A stretch of 64,000 nt of DNA from Psilocybe cubensis (taxonomy: Eukaryota): contig CM039006.1 in the NCBI GenBank assembly GCA_017499595.2, positions 2,418,001 to 2,482,000 on the forward strand. Reading direction: 5' to 3'. Of the stretch, positions 54,410 through 64,000 are shown piece by piece. Numbering within the stretch: the stretch's first letter is position 1; each line of letters starts with the position of its first letter. Under the pieces are notes generated by a model, which worked only from the letters and a program-made list of their open reading frames with translations, searched no databases and was not told where the DNA came from. The position numbers and the translations under genes were made by a program.

Positions 54410-57400
54410 ATGAGTAATGGACTGCAACAGATCACAATTCCAGGTACGTATTCAATACATTCATCGCGTGAAGGCTACTCATAACTGTCAGATTTCGACG
54501 ATGATGTGAGCTCGGCACCGACACCGTTTGGGCGGTCAGCGTTCGGCCTAGGAAATGGAGGCTTTGGCGGCGGCGGGTTTGGGGGAGGCGGGTTTGGAGG
54601 AGGCAGCGGGTTTGGAGGAGGGCTTGACTCGCCCAACGGCCTGAACACCCCAATGAGCGCCTTCCAGAACGCCGAAAAAAGTTATTTCTCCCATGCAAGA
54701 GGCGATTCCTCTGCTTCCATAGACTCCACTGGCTCAGCGACGACCCGTTATGCCAGTAAACCAGGAACCCCGTTTTCTCATTCTGCTCAACCTTCCATCG
54801 CAACCAACACTGTTGGTTTTTCCAAGAAACCATCTTTTGCATCTATACGAAATGCTTTCAAGAAAAGCAATAATGAACCTCCACCAATGCCCTCGCTGGA
54901 ACACTCGCCGTACCCAGTTCTCAAGAATCCTTTCAATCGATCCACGTCGTCCCTGACACAGCCCACTCTCTCGAGAGGATCATCGGCAACACCAACTACC
55001 GCCTCAAATCCTTCCTATGCTCGTCCCGGTACCCCTGGCTCTTCGACGAATCCGTTTGCGCGCCATCCAACAAAGTCAAAGGGTGGTCATGCGTACAACA
55101 AGTCCCAACACTCTCACAATGGTTCTATATTTCACATTTCGGACAACGGCAGTGATCCATCCCAGCCTTACCCTCCCTCTCCTCCACCTGTACCCCGAGT
55201 CCCGAGTGCATACGGACTGATGTATCGCGAAGACATCACCCAGGACTATGAAGACGACAAAGTGGTCATGGATCCCAAAACTCCTTCGGATTTCGCTCTG
55301 CACGCTGTTTTTATACGATTCGTAACATCTGCGGAAGGGAAGATCGATTCGTTTCTTCGACAGCCTCTGGTGCGTGTTCAGTTCTTGACTCGCTTCTCAC
55401 ATTTGACGTTTTTCTCTAGGATCAAGAAACATTGCTTACGACTATCATGGGTCCTGGCGTAGACCCTAAGTTCGACGAAACATTACACTCCCTCGGCATC
55501 ATTGCTCAGAAGAACGCCAAAAAGGTCATAGATTCCATCATGCGCTGGCGGCGGAGCCAACTCGAAAGTGTTGGCTCAGATCTCATCAGGGTGCATCAAG
55601 ACAGCCGGTTTCGCTTTCACGAAATTCCCAACCTTCTCAACGAACGCAAGGCTCTGGCAGCCATCTATGTCATGTGTCGTGCACTCATAGCGGTGCTACA
55701 GATGCTTTCAAAAGATGCTCTAGGGGACTCTCTCGGACATATTCTTGAGACGACGACATTTGAACAGTTCAAGAGGCCTGATCGAAAGCTACAAACACTC
55801 TCAGCCAATCACCGGATCAATTCCGAGTTGTATGCAACACTTCTAGGACATCTAGCCAACGTTCGGTAAGTATTCAAGACCGTGGTTATGACAGTCTAAT
55901 CAACTTGCCTAGGTTCATGAGCGTCACAGATCTTTTCCTTGCAGAGCTTACACCGGTGGCCAATGGTCAGGTATCCAAAGATCTTGGTGCGAAGTACGAA
56001 AACTTGATTAGAGGTTTGAGTCATATCAAGATCAAGGTAAGGATTTTTCTAGCACGGTTTCTGTCAACGCCTTCACTGTCAGGGTAGGTCTGGCCACCGG
56101 AAGCCTTTGAGGAAGGTGCTGAGTTTATGGAGCTCCTATCCAAGTCGTATGCGAATTCGCACGGGCACCTCAAGGTCGCTTTTGCAGAGACGCTAATTCT
56201 ATTGTTGCATCCGATAGGAAAGGTACGCCAACTCATGAACATATATGGTATAAGAGCTCTGTTCATCTATTCTACTAGACTGCTCAAGCCGAGACGAACA
56301 ATCCACAGTGGGGCAAGGCCATTGAACTCATTTATCCAAAGGCCAAAGAGATGATGAGCAAACCTCGATACTGGCAAGTAGTGTATCCGCTGGCTGTGAC
56401 CAGTCTCTGTGTAGCACCCCAGGCGTACTTCTTGAAACACTGGCAAGCCTTTTTTGAGGCTTCGATATCCAAACTAAAGGTAGACCTGTTTCGTTCACTT
56501 TCAGCATTCTGTCCTCTGACGTATATCTTAGGAACGCCCGTATAGAACGACTATCATGAATGGGCTCATTCGAATAGCTTGGACATACCTATACCGCTGT
56601 CAAGAAAGTGCATCTACGACCATGACGAAACTTGAAACGTTGCTAAAACATTTTTTCCCTCCCAATCGAACAAACGTATTTCCGGCGGATGATCACACAG
56701 AGTCGTTGGTATACATCATGCATTTCATTCTTTCACGACATCCTGAATATGGCAGAGACATCTGTCTTGACCTTATGCAACAACCAAATATTGCCAGCCT
56801 GGAACAGAAGTCCAGCAGTATTGGTAGTGTTCTGGCTCCCGAACGAATTGCTATCGCCCTTAACGCCATTCTCCTTTCTTTTCATAACACGGAACGCGAC
56901 ATTAACATACCCACGTGGCCTTCTTCGAGCGACTTCTCGACCCTACCTCCCAGGTCTGACTACGTGTCGTCATCGGAGTATATCAACACGTCGACCCTGA
57001 AACCAGGAATGGCAGAATTCATACGAAAATGTTCCAAGGCTCTGTCCTCGATTGCTGCTTTCTGTTACAATTCCGTTGGCAATATGTCCGTGTTCGACGA
57101 GCAGTGGTCATACGTCCGGTTAAGCCCTGCCTTTGAGGAATCGAATAACTTTGTCATCCGGCGGCACGCGGATGGAATTGTGACTGCGTACCCTGTCCAG
57201 TCCTCACCGCACGTTTCTTTGCTTTGCACATCTTTTCAAGCATGGCCCAGGTTACTCGATACACAATCTCTCGCCATCACGGATGCTATCGAAATGCTAC
57301 TCAGAGGTGTCGTTCACGTAGAACCAAATGTCTCGGATTCTGCCGGTCGTGCTCTGAAACGTTTTATGGCGGACGATACCAATGCCATTCAAATCATCTC

Positions 57401-60400
57401 ACAATTTAATCAGTTCCTTTATAGTCCCGGCCGCATTTGCCACGATCCGGGTCTTAAGCTACACATTGAATACTCGCCACTGCTTCGTCTCTGGGTAGAG
57501 GTCGTAGATGATTGGATAAAAGGCATTGTCCGACGGGGCATTGATGCGTTTTCCCAGGTTGACCAGATTGTCCAAAAATGCACAGAAATTGAGGCTGCGT
57601 CTCTTTTTCTCCTCTCGCACGATTCTCCCGACATCTACGCCGCTGGAGTTAAAATTGTTCGATTCCTTGGAACTATCTCCCCTTTAATCTCCAATATTGC
57701 GAGCTCATCGTCTTCCAATAACCTTTACGTCGTTGACCGACTACAAGGTAGGCGACCTGGGCTTGCATTTCTCAAAGGACATGAAGAACTCCTCGACAAT
57801 TCCGAGAAATCTCGTTTGGAACAATGGCAGAAGCTTAAAGCAGATGAAGTGGCCCTACGCATTGCTGATAGCATCAATCCAAAGGATCGTAAAATCTGGC
57901 GCCATGTATATCCTTCCTTCCTTCAGGAATGCATCGAGCATGCCAGTCCAACCCTTGGTCTCCTACGAGACGCCATCGTTGCCACTGTCTCACGTTACCA
58001 TCCTTCGATATCGTATCTAGGCGGTGTAAGCAATCGGGTCCCGCCTGGTCTTCCTCAACGAAACCCCCTAGATCGGGATGGAAACAAACTTGTCATGGAC
58101 AATAAACCCCTTATAGACCAGTGGCACATCTGGGTCAAGATTCTGTGTTCAACAGCCGTTCCGCCAGATGTGTCGCGCCCAGCTCTTACTAAACTTGGCA
58201 GAGATCACTCTCGTGTACCTTCTGCCGACGTCAACTTTGAACGGGAACGATATCTGTCCTCTCGTGGCTTGTTCCGTCATCTTACACCCTTCCTCGACTC
58301 TGAGTATACACTCTTCCGTGATGCCGCTGTACTTTGCATCAGCTCATTTCCTCCTGACTCATACCCTCAACTACTCGAGGCCCTCAGCCCACTCACTGGT
58401 CGTCAGGCATACGAAGACCCTCGATCTAAACTAGTAACGACGCCTGCACTGGAGCAGAGTTTCGGTCTTCTGGCCTCCCGTCAGATGCATGACGAAAATA
58501 GATCGAAATCTGGCAGTTCGACTCTACTAACGGAACATAGTCGCCGGCAAGAGCGGCTTCATTCCGCCGTTGCACGTATATACTGCTTGACCTCCCACAT
58601 GCTTCACCAACAACGGTCCTCCGCAGTCCTGGCGAACATACTTAAATTCGTAAGGAACACTCAGACCTTTTTAAGCGGAACCGACACGCGAGACAATCCA
58701 TCATTGCATCGTCTGCGACGGTACTTTTGTGGGATTGTCGAACGTCTCTTCAATGAACTCGCCACTCTTAAAGATTCTGACCGCTTCATACCCTCTCACA
58801 TGCACATCTCTCTTTATCGACTGTGCGAAGAATGGTGCCAAGTAGGCCCTCCAACCGAGTCTTTCAAGAAACGTCTCAACGCAATGCAAAGAACCGTGGA
58901 AGCTGGCGATCCTAACACTGCACGAGAACGCCTGCAAAAATTTCGCCAGGACAGCGCATCGCTGTCTCACGCAGCAGTTGGTGCACTGACTGCACTCTCT
59001 GTAAGTGTCGACTTTCGCCTTTATTTATCATTCTGACCCGGTTTCAGTACAAGGCTTTCTTTCCTCCCGACCAAGCAGCTAGCTCCCCCACAGACCGCTT
59101 ATTACCAGACTTTATTCGACCTCTCACCGTGGCGAACGTACTGGATCGCCTGAGTGCTATTATGACCTCTTCGGATGACGCAAATAGGGTCAAGGGAATG
59201 TAAGTATCGTAACTCCCGATATCTTCTATGATTAAACCTGGTATCTATTCATGTAGGAACACGTTACGGGCGCTATCAACTCACCCGGAATTAAACTTAG
59301 ACCTTATCCACGAGATTTTACGGAGGTCTATCGTTGTCACGGATAAGGCTGATTCCAATAATCAACGGTTCTTTGAGGTGGTATCCGATATAGTATGCGA
59401 GGACCATCACCGCTTCACCTTCTCGCAAATCGTCTGTTTAGGGCTTACCAATCTTCGTCATCCATCTGGGCCAATTCGATCGTTGGCCTTCTCAATGCTT
59501 GAGGCTATTCACCACCAGCATTCTGGTCTTCTCACAATGTCCATGTTTGAAGCCTCGGTCGCAAGCATGGCCCCATCAACTTATGTTCACGCTCATAAGT
59601 CCGTTGCTGATTTCCTTGCTGGAGAACATCCACATCAAGCAATCAGTATTCTGGCTCAGCTCGGGAACTGGTTACCCCAATTGCCCGGGGAGGCTCACGA
59701 TACAGATGTAATTCTGCTTCTCCTTCAGAGCCTGGAATTCTGGATACCCAATATCAACTTGATGACGGACGACATCTCTGCTGTATCGCGAGAAGGTTTA
59801 TCGTGCCTTTACCACCTAACATCTTTGACTCTGCGATACGGGCAAAGCCACGCTGAACAAATCCTGGTATTGTGGACGAAGCTCGTGGAATCACCTCAGC
59901 ACTCGAATAGTCACGCAACGGTTCGATTCCTGCTTGAACAGGCGCATAAAGTTGGAAATATGGTCTTCATCACCTGTGCCGCTAACATCGTTGCCTCACT
60001 TTGCCAGACTCGCCCTGGAAGGGAGGTATTTGAAGACTTATGCTCAGTAATCGAACCTGCCCATATGCTTCCGACGGTTGATCACAAAGTGCAGTTCCCA
60101 GAACCACAGGATCTCAAATTATGGGAAGATCTCGATGTTCTTTTCGGGGAGCATCCAAGGGTGACTCTAGGTTCTGCACAGTACGCCTGGCTCTTCTTGT
60201 CCGACGTCGCTTTGCAGCGCTACTGGGAAATGAAAACCCAATTACCCGTACTGCTTCACTCGGTTTTTACGCACCTTGACCACCGGGTTCCATTTATTCG
60301 TGAGCGAGCACATTCGATGCTGTTTCAGCTTTTGCGGTCTTGGACGCCAGGTTACGACGAACTGCCCGACCGATCAACCAGTCGATCTCGTGTTTCGGTC

Positions 60401-62125
60401 AAGGAAGCGATCTCCGTTTTGGAGAAGGACGCACGGGACATGTATTGGGTAGAGGAGAGCTCGAGTGAAGAAGCGGTCCCAAAAATGAAGCTTCTCTGTT
60501 CTCGCGTCTTAGGGTTCTTGGAACCATTGGCTCCCAGCCTTGTTAGTCAATGGGGCTCGCTAGCTTTGACATGGGGGACGACTTGCTCTATCCGTGCCAC
60601 TGCGTTTCGGTCACTTCAACTCTTCCGAGCTTTGATGCCACGCGTGAAAAAAGCTGATTTCGCAATGCTTTTGGGCAGATTGTCGAATACAGTTGCAGCA
60701 TCGGAGGAAAATATTCAAGCATTTACATCCGAGATGTTTTTCACCATCAACGCCGTTGCAAAATCCGGAGATCTGGACAAATCTCTTTTGCCCCAGGCTT
60801 TCTGGTGTGCATGCGCGTGTTTGTCGACAACAGTGGAGAATGAATTCAAGCAAACGATTATCTATCTTGAATCCCTACTGTCTAGAATCGATCTCAACGA
60901 TGCGGCGACCGTTGAATTATTGATCTCACATCGACCCAAGGACTGGCAGTCGTCTCCGTATCTGCAGCCTCCCCTGTTGCGTGGCTTACGGTCATCAGTT
61001 GTTTCAGAATCAACAATAAAAGTCCTTTCTATGTTAGCCAAAGTTCAAGATGGGCAACTCATTGATCCCTCGGAGGGAAGGCTTCGTGACTTATATACCG
61101 TATCATTGCCCTGGTGCCTGCACGCTATGGACCAACCCGAAAATACTTGGAAAACCTTCGCAGAAGATATTGGTGCACTGGCGAGCAAAGAAAAGCGGCA
61201 CAGCATTTTCAAGATTATGACTTCCTTTGCTAAAGGTCACTTCAGAACGCGGGATGACTTCCTTCGGCAATCCGTTGCTAGCCTCCGTGAACACTATGGC
61301 CATCAGGACTGGACCAAAGTTGTGACGCTCCTCTTGGGTCTTGTCTTGAACGAGCAACGGTGGTTGCGCGTCCATGCCATGCAAGTTCTCAAAGTTCTCT
61401 TTCAGCATCGCGAAACTCGCAATCCCGTTGAGCTGCTCGGTTCCGAATTGCTTATGCCGCTTCTTCGCCTTCTTGAGACTGATCTTGCTCCTCAAGCTCT
61501 GGATGTGTTGGAGGAGCCCATGGCTATGTCAGGTGGGGGACCTGCAGCTAAGCATGTTCTACGCATGAGTATGCATGTTGGGACTCTTACAGCCATGGCT
61601 GAGTCGGAATCCGTTACGACAATTTTCGGAGCCCCAGAGCCTTCCGGGTGGTGCGTTGCACAGGCCGATTCTCTCCGCAAAACATGTCAACGCAATGTCA
61701 TGGCCGTGTTTGATACCTGCTCCGTGCCAACGAGGCCTTCCCGCATTGAATTTGAACCTGAAGTCGAAGCCCTTGCATCAATCAAAACTCCTCTTGCGGA
61801 AGACTTGGGTGGCTTGATGAAGAACTTGCACGACTTAAATAATTACTTTAACGACGCCAATTCTTCGAAACTTAACGGAAGTACTATTCCAACACGGCGC
61901 CTCGAGGCTCGCGTTGCTGCCATATTGGCGAAGTCCGCTAATCCAGACTCAGTAACGGACACTCCTCAAACTCCTTTCTTGGACGTCTTTAGTGTGGGTG
62001 GAATTGACCACAACGAAGACTCAGACGAGTATTCAGACAGTGACTCTGATACCGATGCATTTATCTTCGACAACCTTCCCCATCACAGGGCACACAACAA
62101 CGGCGCTCGACACAACTATCATTAA
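54410..62125 (+). CDS. TAO3: RAM/MOR network scaffold Tao3/Pag1/Mor2 (Furry family)
   Basis: Very large multi-exon HEAT-like protein. ALHAVFIRFV, DSIMRWRR, RFMSVTDLFLAEL, FRSLQLFRAL, QAFWCACACLST, QALDVLE. Confidence 0.92.
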
Positions 62126-62731
62126 TCAATGTTCCGTTTTTCCATTCGTTTTTCACTGAAGTTTAATTCTGTTTATCTAAATCGCTTTGCTGTCTTTCTC
62201 GCCTTGTCCATCCATCTATCGTCATTTACTTTTCCTTTCCTCTTTTCTACGCACTTCTTCGGATTTTTTGGGCTTTTGCTAAAAAGTATCACACCACCCA
62301 CTCGCGCACACATACACATACACATACACACATATATAAACCTCTCTTTTTCGCATTCACTATTGTAACTAGTTCGAAATTACTTTGTAAAACTTGGGGC
62401 ATACATCATTTGTACAATAATGACTACATTATTATTTGATCGTAGTTTTCTGTTCTTACTGCATCCTTAGTTCGAATACATCGTCCTGAAGAATAATGAA
62501 TCATAACCGATGAGTGGCTACTCGAGTATATATATATCATTATGTCATTGTCAATGACTGATGAGGAACACTTGCGCATTATGTTTAAACACAAGTGCAG
62601 CAGCTTCCACAAAAGTCGTTTTTATGGAGGTTTAATGGGGGCTGGCAGCGAAAAATCTGTATTAGTACAAGTAGATGTACACATCATTATTGGTAGAATA
62701 CAAAAGTAATTCTACAGGCTTATATTAACGT

Positions 62732-64000
62732 CTACTTCCTTACGTTTTGGCGTTTGCATGTCTTCTTATGTTCCTCCCAATGAAGTTTTTGGCACGCCCT
62801 GTCGCAATATCTTCAACAAAAAGTGTGTTAGTTGAACCTTCATATTCATATGACAATGACAATATGTACCGAGCTTCTGAACATCCACCGCCTAATTAGC
62901 AGTCAATGTTAAAGTAGGTAAATTTTAGAAGCAGGCAGCATTGAAGACACGTACATTTGCTCAGTATTGCTGACGTATTGCTGCACCACGAACAACGGTA
63001 CAAAGTAACCTGATCAAAGGTAACTTTTACCTGGCCACTGCCGCCAGAACAACCTGCGCCCACGTGCATCATTGTTCCGTCGTCAAACTTCATGTCATTA
63101 AACCATGCAGTGAGGTCGTCCTCAAGTTTACCTCGATCAAGTCTCACTACATGGCCCTCCCCGATTTTTGCCTGATATAAGACCTGAAAGACACGGGAAA
63201 ACTCTTTGATAGCAGCTGGGTAGTGCTCCACGGCGGTCTGTTGAGCAAGGCGTAGATCAGTTTTGGGAGGAGGTATTCCCATAAAAATGTTGAATTCATC
63301 AGCTGCATGCAGTCGTTCGAGGTTACGCTATAATGGAATGGTATGAGCATACAAAAACAGAGGTTTGCTTCATGATATAGCAGAATGTCCCTCACCTTGA
63401 TTTCATGCAGATCTGAGCTAAGATCTTTCAACAAGATCATGTGGAGAAGAATGTACCAACATGCAACGACGTCCATGTAGTGATTGTCGGGAGGAGCACC
63501 TTCCATAAATAATTTGGCATCGTCATAAGCGCTGGACAAAAACGCGATACCTTCCTGCCACCGCTTATCACGAGAGTCAGGCATACTTTGGATGATGCTG
63601 ACGCCCATATTAGCAGCAAGGATGACCGCTTGCAGCATGAGCTGCCACTTGAGGAAGGGAGTAAGAAGTTTACACTTCAGCCCCTTCTTTGCTGCCCGCA
63701 GCGCTTGCACATGGTCATCCCCAAGACTGATCACGTAGTAGAAGAACGCCTGTTGGGGATTCCTTTCAATACATTTATGCGCTAATGCCACAGCATCCGG
63801 GATGCAACTTGTAACGATAAGCTTTTTGAGGTCCAGAATATCAGCAAAGTCGGCTTCGTTGGGTTTTCCCGACCTTCTGATAGCGCTGGAGTAATTGGAA
63901 AGCGATGCAGCCCACAGTGGGAACGAGACACCAGCATTTTCGTTCATACTGCTTCCAGTCACGGGGTCCCGGATTTCGAATATTCCGGGTACAAGAATGA
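62732..64000 (-). CDS. MYND-type zinc finger protein (5' end outside the window)
   Basis: CSWCSNTSAILSKC-GGCSEAR-YCDRACQKLHWEEHKKTC assembled across introns. Confidence 0.88.

Overview
Intron-rich fungal nuclear DNA (GT-AG introns mostly 50-60 nt). Gene content points to an agaricomycete mushroom; species cannot be determined here. Conserved housekeeping genes (mitochondrial ribosomal S8, SEC65/SRP19, TAO3/Mor2, GH5 glucanase) frame a dynamic accessory region. That region holds three terpene synthases, two paralogous secreted GMC (AA3_2) oxidoreductases, an aryl-alcohol-dehydrogenase-type AKR, an SDR, a MATE exporter, HMG-box and velvet regulators, a PsiD/PSD-like decarboxylase, a frameshifted C2-NACHT-WD40 NLR, an intronless GH54 arabinofuranosidase and many F-box relics. 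The best candidate for an undescribed system is a sesquiterpenoid module at about 5.4-20.3 kb, with no P450 in the window: two head-to-head synthases, a MATE exporter and a GMC oxidoreductase, where both synthase promoters and the GMC promoter share a CGG-N13-CCG motif. Also notable: a TA-flanked element carrying two back-to-back pseudo-tRNAs, a 600-bp nested foldback built from F-box-like gene fragments, and a retroposon tail with a clean 11-bp TSD. All exon boundaries and counts were read by eye; no database searches were run.
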